DNA of 63,233 nucleotides, counting the filler. It is 10 parts of 10 records of this genome, joined end to end, with 100 filler letters (N's around TTAATTAATTAA, not from the genome) between each part and the next. Parts side by side here need not be neighbours in the genome. Positions count along the whole stretch, not along the records: positions 48,895 to 50,960 come from SRR11831585_753; positions 51,061 to 53,169 come from SRR11831585_754; positions 53,270 to 55,428 come from SRR11831585_756; positions 55,529 to 59,769 come from SRR11831585_759; positions 59,870 to 63,233 come from SRR11831585_766; 5 more parts are not named here. One strand, written 5' to 3'. Positions 49,260-60,013 of the stretch are shown piece by piece; position 1 is the stretch's first letter; each line of letters begins with the position of its first letter. A program made the position numbers and the translations under genes. The notes beneath the pieces were generated by a model. That model did not search any database, was not told the DNA's origin, and saw only the letters and a program-made list of their open reading frames with translations.

Positions 49260-50960
49260 TCAAGCCGCGCTGCTTGCATCATCATCTTCACGGGGACTAG
49301 TTTCCTGTTCCTCTTCTCGGTCTTTCTGTTTGGCAAGGTACATCTGTCTGTCCCGATGCCACCACAGCGAGGCATTGATACCCAGAGGAGCCGCACGCGC
49401 AAACACCAGGTATGCCTGGGGTCGGAAACAGAGATGCGTCAGGTAACAGTTGTAAAAGTGGTACATGGGAGACGCAGTGATGTCGTAAGGAGATACAGTC
49501 ACAGCAGACATGTGTATATATGTTGTTCCCTGCACGAGAAATGTCCCAAGCGGACGCAGTAGAACGCACAGCACAAGCGGTCGCCCATACATACACCCAC
49601 ACATAGCACAGAGAAACACACAAAACTCCACCCCCCAGCTTTCACAACACGTACCGAATGTGCAAACATGACATCGTCCGGCCGTAAGCGGTCCGCCACC
49701 GGTTTGTACTTTCGCAGCAGCAATTCCATGACGTCAATCTCGATAAACCCAAGCCGCTCCAGTCCCTCAATCACTTCACTCACCTGCACGGCAACACAGG
49801 GATGTACGTACACAGCACGCACACGCACAAACTCACGCGTTAGCTTAGGAGGAAGGGAAGCACCGAATCGGACTGCAAAATTACATACATTCATGCGTGG
49901 CATGACGAAGCAAACAACACACAAACCACCCCGCAAAATTCTCACTGTAAACACCCACATCGACACACGCACACACACACCTGATTCGCTGTTGGAATGA
50001 TACAGGCCACCGATCCGCCGATCCGCAAAGCCGCGCGTACATGCTCCAAACACAGAACCGGATTTCGCATATCCAGCACAGCCGCATCGCAATCCTTCTC
50101 ATCAAATCCATGCGCACATACATCTCTCACACGTAGCGAAACGCATTCACGGGGCAACGAGGGCAATCGTTCGAGGTTGCGAGCAGCAGTGTGTGCGTGA
50201 TCCGCGCGTGTCTGTGTGCTTATACATCAGAGAGGCAAGGCAGAGAAACAAAGAGGGACGACGAGAACGAGATAACACGCAGGATAACACAGGAAAAAAA
50301 CATGTTGTTGAAGGCAGGAGGACACGTACACTGGAACGGGAAACACAATCGCTGTTCGCCACAATACTAACACAACATGAACTCCACACAAAATCGCTCT
50401 GACACATCACTAAGTCCAGCACACAACGTGCACAGCTCCAGCATAAACACACCTTACACACACACGCACACAAACAGCATGTGTTGCACCCTTCTTACAT
50501 ACCTCATACGAGTACACGCATCCGGTCGGCATACAGTGGTACACAAGGGCTGCAGTCAGACGTGCACTGCCTGTTCCAGCCTCCACAACGCGCGCTACAT
50601 GCGGGTTACATTTCCTCATAGAGTTACCGACACACAATAACGCACACGCACACACACGGGTAGCGCATCCACGAAAACGGGGCATCCAATAATGCAATCG
50701 AAACGACCGCGGATTTTGCAAGACCCATAGAGAAACACGCATATATCGAATCGTATCGGGAGTGTCCCAGCCGAATAGCACACCCTCCCCGCATCAGAAC
50801 GAGCATACACTCTCACAGACTCACACCCACACAGCTCTTCTACATACAGCCTGCATGAAGACCCAGGCGATGCACAATATATGCGGCATCTTTTTCATAG
50901 ACCATCTGCGTGGACCGCTTAAACGTTTTCAACATGTCTTCCAGCGTGGGCGGAAAAGAA
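49260..50960 (-). CDS. Spliced tRNA (adenine58-N1)-methyltransferase, TrmI/TRM61 family, 5'-truncated; exons >50960-50848, 50594-50503, 50211-49981, 49783-49655, 49415-49260
   Basis: KRSTQMVYEKDAAYI / VVEAGTGSARLT..VYSYE / RDV..GF..DAAVLDMRNP..PTANQ / [22 protein letters not shown] / AYLVFAR; four GT-AG introns, all in phase. Confidence 0.88.
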
Positions 50961-51060
50961 NNNNNNNNNNNNNNNNNNNNNNNNNNNNNNNNNNNNNNNN
51001 NNNNTTAATTAATTAANNNNNNNNNNNNNNNNNNNNNNNNNNNNNNNNNNNNNNNNNNNN
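50961..51060. other. Artificial contig linker 6
   Basis: 44N-TTAATTAATTAA-44N. Confidence 0.99.
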
Positions 51061-51195
51061 GGCGTCGTACACACCGCATACATACGCAGCTGACGAACAC
51101 CGCTACGCTCACATCCCACCGATCGTAGTCCGCAACAACAAACTGCCCACAAGAAGCAAAAACACGGAACAAATCAGAAGGGCCCCGCAACATAC

Positions 51196-52954
51196 CGAAA
51201 CGCCGTCGATTGCCGCGTACATGGCCGCCTCCCAGTTCTCATTGGTGGACACCTCAAAGAGTGCTTGCGAGGCTGACAAGACGTTGTCATAATTGTAGTC
51301 ACTTACCCACTGTCGTTCCCGGGTAGCACCCGAGCTGGTAACATAGGAGCCGGTACAGGCTGTACGGGTGGTAATCGCTACACACACAAAACACACAAAC
51401 ACGCGAAATAACTGCTTGAGCAACAAACAAACGCAAACTGTCCGCAAATACAGTGCAAATGCAGCCAATGTGTAGTCCATTTCACACACATACACAGACA
51501 CACACGTACATGAGTCGTTGCAGAAGTACGTGGACCCGCCGAAGAGCTGCACCGCCAGAATCGCAAAGATGTACCAGATCTACAACACAAATTTGCAAGC
51601 GTGAGATGCGTGAAAATGCGCACACATATGTACACTCCGGACCAGCAGCCAACGATGGGTAATATAAAATGAAAACAAACGAAGACGGGAATAATAGCGC
51701 TGCTACTGCGTGCGTGAAATGCAGAACGTCAAACGTACCACGAAGAGGATTAAGAGGATGTTGAAGATCCCCCGCATGCCCGATATGAGCGAATACACGG
51801 CCTCCTGTCACACGGAGCAAGTCAGAAAAAGATGGCGCACTTGACTCATAAAACACGGAATACAATCAGTTGCAAAGCGAGTGAGTCACTGACTGCGAAA
51901 CAAGGGTGAGCACGAACAGACAGCCTACACAGACAGACGTACAGACAGAACTGTCTGCAAACCATCACATGTCACATACCCGGACTTGTGTGCTTTGTGA
52001 CACCAAACGTAACGGGCGCAAACATTGAAGGCAGCGGACTGGTACGTTGACAAAGATACAATTGAGCACAATGGCCTACAAACAACACAGCACGTAACAA
52101 ACGGATGATCAGTGGTTGTGACTCGATAGTGGTACTATATACACACACATATACACGCACATACTCTCCCTCTCGCATACACGCACAGACACACACAAAC
52201 ACACACAGATCACGCGCCTACTACACAAGCAAACAAACCCTCCACACACAAGTATAATCAATATCACCCCCTCAGTCACACCATGCGCCCATACCGCAAG
52301 CACGATCGCATCCACCCAGTTATAAGCGTTACGGAAATAAGCCCTCTTGTGTGCGACTACCCCGTTTGCAATCCAATGGACGAGCATCTCCAACCCAAAG
52401 AGACAGGCAAAGAGAATACGCGAGACAGCAAGCATCTATATGGAAAACAGGGACACACACAGAGAGAGAGAGACAACGAGAGACGCTGTGAGGCGCCACG
52501 CAAGATAATGCGAATTGAAAACACAGTAACAACAAGAACATGATTCTCTCGTAGGATGATGGGAGGGCTGCGTGATCAGCGCACACAAAATAGAAATAAG
52601 ATGCGAAACAAAACACCATAGATAACAGGCGCCGGTATACAACAAAATACAGTCTGACACGGTAAACCGACTCACACAGGGGAAAAGAAAAACACATACC
52701 GTCTCCGTGCGTGCCGAATTGAACGGCCCCTCCACTGCCGTAAACACACAGCTCCCGATAATCAACACCATCACACACACCGACCACACACGTGTTTTGA
52801 CAGCGCGATGGCACCACACACGCAGTCGGTTCTGCGGTGCGAATAGAAACAATGTGCGGTCAGGGTGTAGGGCACGGGGGCTTGTGGTTTGGTTGTGGTC
52901 TTCGTCTCGGGTGATGTGGCTCTGACGACGGATGCGTTGACGCATTGCACTCAC
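51196..52954 (-). CDS. Internal fragment of a four-domain voltage-gated Ca/Na-type channel (repeat III-like); exons 52954-52700, 52435-52295, 52075-51980, 51804-51739, 51579-51510, 51377-51196
   Basis: [18 protein letters not shown] + S1; S2 [22 protein letters not shown]4 [15 protein letters not shown]5 [44 protein letters not shown] pore loop; phases consistent. Confidence 0.88.
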
Positions 52955-53169
52955 CTATAGTCAGGAGGGAACACAGCCACGCACAGACACACGCACGCAC
53001 ACACACATAAAGCGAGGGAGTGTGAGTGAATTAGTAACAGAGTGTGCAAGGAACGTGAAGGGCGTAACACACAGACTTACCCACAAAGCTACGACACATA
53101 TGCCCCAAATCACACGTCCACCCCACATACATACACACACACACTCTAACACATGAAAAGCATACCGAA

Positions 53170-53269
53170 NNNNNNNNNNNNNNNNNNNNNNNNNNNNNNN
53201 NNNNNNNNNNNNNTTAATTAATTAANNNNNNNNNNNNNNNNNNNNNNNNNNNNNNNNNNNNNNNNNNNN
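53170..53269. other. Artificial contig linker 7
   Basis: 44N-TTAATTAATTAA-44N. Confidence 0.99.
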
Positions 53270-55428
53270 CCTCATCACCAATTTGGTTAACTGCACAGTT
53301 TACAGGAATACGCATCAGATTCACAGCCAATTGCCAACTTGGTTGACGGTGCCACATAATGACGATCGCGGTTGCTAACTTGTGGCTTCGGGGGTCGGAT
53401 ACGTGTACAAGGTAGCGCTGCTTGTGCGTCTCGGCAAACAAGTAGAATGGAGGGTGACGCTCCATCATTACACAACCATAGTGCATCGAAAAAGCCATGG
53501 GATACCAACAACGGGACATGGATATAAACACACACTGCACGCAAGGCCGAGAGATACACTACTATGCGGTGTTCCACACCCTGCATGAAGCGTATATAGC
53601 GTACAATTCAAATGGCACATTTCGAGTGCTATTGTGAGGTGTAAAACACCGGCAATGGCTTTGGCACCTTCGTTTCCAATCCGGTTGCCTGCCAAACAGC
53701 AACATTAGTAAGTGATTTACAAGGTCGAAAGACCAGTGTGCTTGTAATGCACTTACAACCGCTCTGATATGGTCGTCAGGAGATAAAATTACTTATTGTA
53801 CATCCGTATGTACGTTGCATGATTAGCAATAAGGAGGACCTTCAATGGCAGTACACGGAAACTCATAGAAGAAACGCACTCCAAGAGAAATGCTACCATG
53901 AGGGGTTTGATATGGGAGTTGGATATCAAAAGCATACCACTTAGAAAGAGGTATTGTAATGCTGCTGTGTGCGGTAAAGCGGCGGCAAGGGCTTTGGCAC
54001 CTTGTTGTTCAATCTTATTGCCTGCCAACGTGACACATTAGCAATTGATATACCTCGCACGTCAGATGGAATCAGAGCAGCAGGTAAAGTGTGAATATTA
54101 ACTCAGGCGTACCGGTAAAGTCCAACCTCAACATCTCAGGTGTGAATTGTAACGCAGATGCGATCGGTTCAAACCCGTCGTCGCCGATACGATTGCCTAA
54201 CGTACGATTGTATGTGTGTTGCATGAGAAACATTGCAAAGGATTCTCATTGGCAACACACAGTGATGCAGAGAAACACACGCCAACAGAGACACTACACG
54301 GAGACGCTTTGTGTATGACATGGATATTAGAAGCATACAAGCCAGACAGAAGTTTTTGAGTGCTGGTGTGTGCGGTAAAACAGCTGCAAGGGCTTTGGCT
54401 CCGTCGTCTTCAATCTCGTTGACTGCCAAGGAGCCACATTAGCAAGACACAACCTCGCATATCAGTTCGAATCACAGCCACAGACTAACAACGAATATCA
54501 TATGCAGCGTACTTGTAAGATGCAAGGTCGATAGCGCAGGTGTGAATTGTAACGCAGTTGCGATCGCTCTCGTACCGCTGTCACGTAGGAAATTGCCTAA
54601 TGCACTCACGCATGCATGAGTAACGGTGTAGAGGACTCTCATTTGCAAACACAGGACACACATCGGGACCGGGAACATTGCACGAGTGAGCTAGAGGAAT
54701 AATCATGTGCATATACATTCGATCTTGAGACGTACTTCTCAGATGCAACTCTTTCAGCGTTGGTACATTCGACAACGCAGCTGCAATGGTCTCCGCACCG
54801 TCCTCACCCACGCGGCAGCCTGCATTGGCAGACATGAGCACCGGATAAACAGGTACACACACGACCAACAACGTCATGTTCAAGGCACAATAGCATCGCA
54901 CCACACAAGATTTCCAAGATAGGTGGTGATACCCTCACTGGAATGTGTGAGCATATAAGCGGCCTCATGCAGTTGTGATTTACGGCACCATTGGCGGTAT
55001 TCGATGATAACAGGTGCGTCATTCACACACTCTCCAGTGACACAGTCGTCTTGCGACATACCGTCCAGGATCAGGGACGTCAGCGCGCTCATGTGTCGCA
55101 GCCCAGCTGCCAGAGGGACGAGACCTGTTGAATTCGATTCCCTCGCATCTGTGGTGAACGGCTTTAAAAAGCAAATCATCATTGGAAGCCGTTGATACAG
55201 AGCGACCGTCGGAAGTTTCACAAACACACATGCATACACAGGGAGTCTGCACGTATTGATGTAAATGTACAGATAGATATTCCTGTTGCAATCAATGTAC
55301 GTACGTCGAGCAGGATATAACACCTCCCTACTGGCGTCAATGTGGACAACTGTGTGCAACGGGCGGCCACCAAACCTCATGCTGTTCAGGACGATCTCCT
55401 CCCAGTCCGTATGCACTGTGCGCCACAG
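53270..55428 (-). CDS. Ribonuclease-inhibitor/NLRC3-type LRR protein fragment; exons >55428-55305, 55148-55062, 54819-54736, 54596-54513, 54422-54339, 54196-54113, 54021-53938, 53688-53605, 53290-<53270
   Basis: Repeats such as NEIEDDGAKALAAVLPHTPALKNFCL and NKIEQQGAKALAAALPHTAALQYLFL; six exact 84-nt exons, all introns phase 1. Confidence 0.88.
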
Positions 55429-55528
55429 NNNNNNNNNNNNNNNNNNNNNNNNNNNNNNNNNNNNNNNNNNNNTTAATTAATTAANNNNNNNNNNNNNNNN
55501 NNNNNNNNNNNNNNNNNNNNNNNNNNNN
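55429..55528. other. Artificial contig linker 8
   Basis: 44N-TTAATTAATTAA-44N. Confidence 0.99.
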
Positions 55529-55557
55529 TGATGATGATGATGATGATGATGGTGATG
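55529..55557. repeat. (GAT)n microsatellite at the contig edge
   Basis: tgatgatgatgatgatgatgatggtgatg. Confidence 0.85.
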
Positions 55558-55851
55558 GGAGCGTGAGCATAGAGTAGGGCGCAGAACGGACACACGTAGA
55601 AGAAATACATATGGACGTACACATACACGCACACACACACTCTCTCTCACAATACCCAAACAATTACGCAAGGCTCAACGACATACAACACACATAATGT
55701 ACGCGACCGTTCAGCAAGAACGACGACAGATACATGTACAAGAACAAGCATGCAAACACACTCATGTACACAATCAATATCTTTCCATGTCTAGATGAAT
55801 CTGGTCCGCCAACCATCACACAACCGTTTCTGCTGATGTACACACACATAC

Positions 55852-56322
55852 CTTAAGCCTTCATTGAAACATTCACAGTACTTCTTCACACATCCTGTCT
55901 TTTTGCAGTTGCATCCTCGGCCCGCCTTTGTCGGAGTACCATCCGAGGCGTCTCCCTGGCGTGATTCCCGGATTAGATTCATCAACACGGATGAAAGTCG
56001 CGAAGCAAGTCACGAACCCTTCGAAGAGCATGTCTCTCAAACGCTTTCTCCAACGCTTGCTTCCTCTCCGCTTCAAACTCGCTGTTGTTGTGGCAATCCG
56101 TACACTCACAGCCCACACAAGGAAGGCCGACCGAAAAACAATCACAATATCTACAACAGAACGCCTGTCAGCCACCACAGACGAGCATCGCGTTGGAGAG
56201 GTATCGTACAGTTTCAGACATTTGGTCTGTTTGCAATGGCACTGTTTCCTGCGGGGACCTGCCGAGCCGGGTACATTTTCTACGGTACTTGACGTCTGAG
56301 ACGGGGTTGTGGGAGCCTCCAT
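55852..56322 (-). CDS. Tesmin/LIN54/TSO1-like tandem CXC (CRC) domain protein, 3'-truncated; exons 56322-56210, 56150-56018, 55955-55852
   Basis: RKQCHCKQTKCLKL|YCDCFSVGLPCVGCECTDCHN ... GCNCKKTGCVKKYCECF; GT-AG introns in phase. Confidence 0.9.
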
Positions 56323-56357
56323 GTGCGCTCTGTCCGTCACAGAAACCCGGCGAAAAA

Positions 56358-56396
56358 TTCAAAAAAAAATGCTGCATCCACATTCAAAAATTCAAA
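56358..56396 (-). promoter_or_regulatory. Three CHR-like TTTGAA motifs upstream of the CXC gene
   Basis: TTCAAA on + at 56358, 56383 and 56391. Confidence 0.4.
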
Positions 56397-56646
56397 AAAA
56401 AAAGTTGTGTGTGCTGGTCAACTTGCTGCAGGGCATCGCATCCCCAGGAAATGTTTGTGGAGAAATACACCTCAACACCCGAAAGTGTATGTGTGCCGCT
56501 TCAGCCAAACACAGAAATAACACAGAAAGAGCACTCTGTTCACGGCAACGCACACACAGCAGACACCGGGCGCTACTCAGGTACGACCACAGCGAAACAA
56601 ACAATTTTGCGCTCTTACTTGTACGCAGGATGACGACTCATACGCT

Positions 56647-59600
56647 ATGATTCGCAGACCAGCGCTGTGGCTGTTTGCAATAGCATCATACTTATTGTTT
56701 ATCAGAGATGCAACCGCACAGCAAAATACTTTCTACCGAAGCTTGAGCGACTGTGATCAATTTGTGGAGTACGGCATTTCGTATCCTTTGTACTGGAACC
56801 GATTGCCGTATATCGACTTGGGTGAAATTCCTCCGCAAGTGGGGATTGTGAACAAGACCTGTCATCTGCAAGTTTCTCCGCGAGCCATCACCGATCTACA
56901 ATTCTTCATGTTCAATCTGACTGAATGTCGGGGCTTCACGGGCACTGTTGAAGTGTATGATATTCCTGTTGGTCAGAGTGTGGTGAAGGACGGACAGACA
57001 GAGTTGGTTGCTGCGGCGCCCGTGTTTCGACGTACGTTTGCACTTATCTTTCTGCATGCGAACGTGAGTATTCTGTTGTGTTAATTTCTCGCTCGCTTTG
57101 CATGTTCTTAATTCTGTGCTCTATGATCATACTTGTTTTCCACTTCTGCCTTGTGCAAGTAATACGCGTTGCGCAGTACGCGTGTACCGTGTTGGAGTGA
57201 ATGAGTGAGAGTGTACGATGTGTGTCTCTCTGTGTGCGTCTGATTCCTTCCTCATTTCCCTTTCAAGCAGAGCAATACCGCGCCCCCAGTATCCCCTCCA
57301 TCCTTCTCTCTGTGGGCTCGGGTGTGCTGCTCCGTTTCAACATGTCGCGCGGACACTGCACTATTCGATACAACGCCAGCTTGGACGTGCTTCGTACGTG
57401 GGCTATCGTTGTCTCTGTCCTCTACATACACACACACGTACACACACATTCACACATATACACACACACAGACACACAGCAACAGCAAGCTGCCTGTCTA
57501 ATACAGTTTGGACGTGCTTCATACGTGGGCAATCGTTGTCTCTATCCTATACGTACACACACGCATACACAAATATGCACAAACCGGCACACAGCAACAC
57601 TATTTGATATGTTTGAATGTCCTGCGTACGCTGGCAGACACGTCCTCTGCACTTGCTGTCTTCTATACGCAATCGCGCTGTTCCTGTTCTTTCTGATTCT
57701 TCCCTCTTCGTCATTTGTTTTCTTAATTTGTTTTTCCGTGTTATTTCGTCTCCGCATACGCAGCATCCTCCACCGCTCCGCAGTCTGCCCTGCTCTCTGC
57801 ATCATCAAGCACACCCGCTACCTTCAATGTCAGCAGCACTACCAGCGGGGCTGTGTATTCGTACACATTCTACCTGGCGCAGTCGTACAATACAACGGCT
57901 TTCTACACGGCTGTACGTTGATCGCTCTATCTCCTCTAACCTGTTCATCGAACTTTCCCGAAAATCCCCATCCGCTCGCTCCTTTTTTCTTTCTGTTCTC
58001 CGTGTTTACGCCGTCTCTGAGCGTCTTGCACCTGCTCTGGTTGCTGCGTTTTCGTTGTTGGTGGCGATCGTTTTTCCATTCTACCGCCTCTGTAAACTGC
58101 GGTGAAAAATTGTTTCCCCTCTGCGATTGTTGTGGTTGGTGTGGTGTTGACTGTCTCTAGTACGGGTACTCTTTCTGCTTTTTGTCACTGACGCAGGTCT
58201 TCTTTTCCTCCCCATCCGTCCCGCGCTTTTTTCCCTTCTCCACTCACACTCTCTGACAGATCTCACCCACCATCACCGCAACCGCTGCGACCCGTCGCTT
58301 GCTCAGCTCCTCCCTGGCTGTGTATTTGCACAAGACACAGATGCCCACACCCACAAACTATATGGCGGCCAGCACACAGCCTTCGTATGTGCTGTGTCGA
58401 GTCATACATCTCTCTCGTTGTTCTTTGTTCTCGTTGTATTATCTGTTCTTGAGATTGTGTATGTGAGTGCCTCGGTACTCCAAACTCTCAAAGTCAGCTT
58501 TCAACCTTGTCTTATTGTTTGAATGTATCCCGACGTGCTGATGAAAGCGCTCCCATCCCGTCGTCGTTGCCGTTCTACTTGTTTTGTGTCTCATTCAGTC
58601 ATCCGTTCTTGCACCCCTCTTACTGGCAACATCCCTACATTCCGCACCGCATCTCACCCCCTCTCTCTGCTCAGAGCCTCGACCGGTCGCTACGAACTCT
58701 CCCTCTCTGTCAGCCCCGGCCAAGACGGTCAAATATTCCTTAGCGTGTACGCCCTCACCTCCGGTCTCTCGTTCTCTGTGAGCGCTTCTCCACAGCCCAT
58801 CCCCTACACACCACAGGCACTCACCCCCACTCTCACCACACCGGAACCACCCGACACCATAGACACGCTGTCTGTGGCTATGATCGCGCTGGCTGGCGGA
58901 CTGTCAGTGCTGTTTGCGGCGGTGATTGTGGTGGTGATTGTGTATGTGTACCGCTGGAAAAAGCAGATGACTGCGTCTGCGATTGCGTCCGCTTCGATGC
59001 AGCGACACAGCACCGGCTCCGGGATCAAGATGAACTCGTACATGTATGCGGCAACCTCACACCACCACCATCACATGACCCACGATGGGGCGGCGGTGGT
59101 GCTGGGTGCGGAGGATGAGATCTTAGATCTGGAGCGTCGGGCGGAATTAGAGGAGTTGGAATCGCTGGACGACCCTGATGGGCTGTTCACCCATCTTCAT
59201 CATCACCGGACCACCACCAACAACAACAACAACAACACCACCACTAGCACAAGCAGCCCGACACGAACGTTTCTGCACCGGTCTTCTCCGTCGTATCCCG
59301 GAAACAGCGCCCCAACACAGCTACAGCAGCAGAAGCAAGCGGAGGAGAGTGTGCGACGAAAGGGTCTTGTGTCCAGCAGCTCCCTGGGCCGGCGCGGTTC
59401 ACCCCTCGATAGCAGCACACGAACAGCAGCGGCTGTGATCCATCATCACCACTATCACCACGTGCTGCCACATACAAACAGCCTGCCCACCACCCCCGAC
59501 ACCAAGGCCCTCGGCGGTGGTGGCGTTGGTCTGAGTCCCAACACAACCCCCACCAGCAGTAACGCCAGCAGCAACGCCAGTCGAATCAGCACCGATGATT

Positions 59601-59769
59601 CCGAACTCCGACGCATGGTTCGCACCGGTTCGCTCCATTCTGACCGGTACATGTACACCGTCACCCCCGATCAGGCCGAGGACAGCGCACTCCCGCTGCC
59701 CCGGTCCGCCGCCACCAACCTTTCCCCCACCTTCGCCGCGGGGTCTCCTCACGGTCTCCTGCGACACAA
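56647..59769 (+). CDS. Type I single-pass membrane protein with CUB-like ectodomain and low-complexity tail, 3'-truncated; exons 56647-57031, 57271-57393, 57764-57912, 58260-58384, 58675->59769
   Basis: Signal peptide MIRRPALWLFAIASYLLF; TM segment VAMIALAGGLSVLFAAVIVVVIVYVY followed by RWKK; intron phases 1,1,0,2 join into one open frame; the CUB call is by eye only. Confidence 0.7.
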
Positions 59770-59869
59770 NNNNNNNNNNNNNNNNNNNNNNNNNNNNNNN
59801 NNNNNNNNNNNNNTTAATTAATTAANNNNNNNNNNNNNNNNNNNNNNNNNNNNNNNNNNNNNNNNNNNN
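59770..59869. other. Artificial contig linker 9
   Basis: 44N-TTAATTAATTAA-44N. Confidence 0.99.
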
Positions 59870-59992
59870 CCGGATGCGGCGTGAACGCCTTATCCAGCCG
59901 ACATGTGGCAGCGGTTGTAGGTCTGATAAGACGCGCAAGCGTCGCATCAGACGTTGATTGCCGGATGCGGGGTCAACGCCGCATCCTGCTAC
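59870..59992. repeat. REP/BIME cluster (three units)
   Basis: CCGGATGCGGCGTGAACGCCTTATCC, GTAGGTCTGATAAGACGCGCAAGCGTCGCATCAGAC, GCCGGATGCGGGG. Confidence 0.9.
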
Positions 59993-60013
59993 AAATCGTG
60001 CACTATATCAAAC

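Noticed and set aside
52090..52115. [12 protein letters not shown] as the channel S4 helix
   Set aside because: It falls in the intron ahead of the TAG acceptor at 52076; the in-phase exon encodes the better S4 motif LRPLR.
53380..53450. QAALPCT as a possible extra LRR exon
   Set aside because: I could not find an 84-nt exon with suitable splice sites; at most a degenerate remnant.
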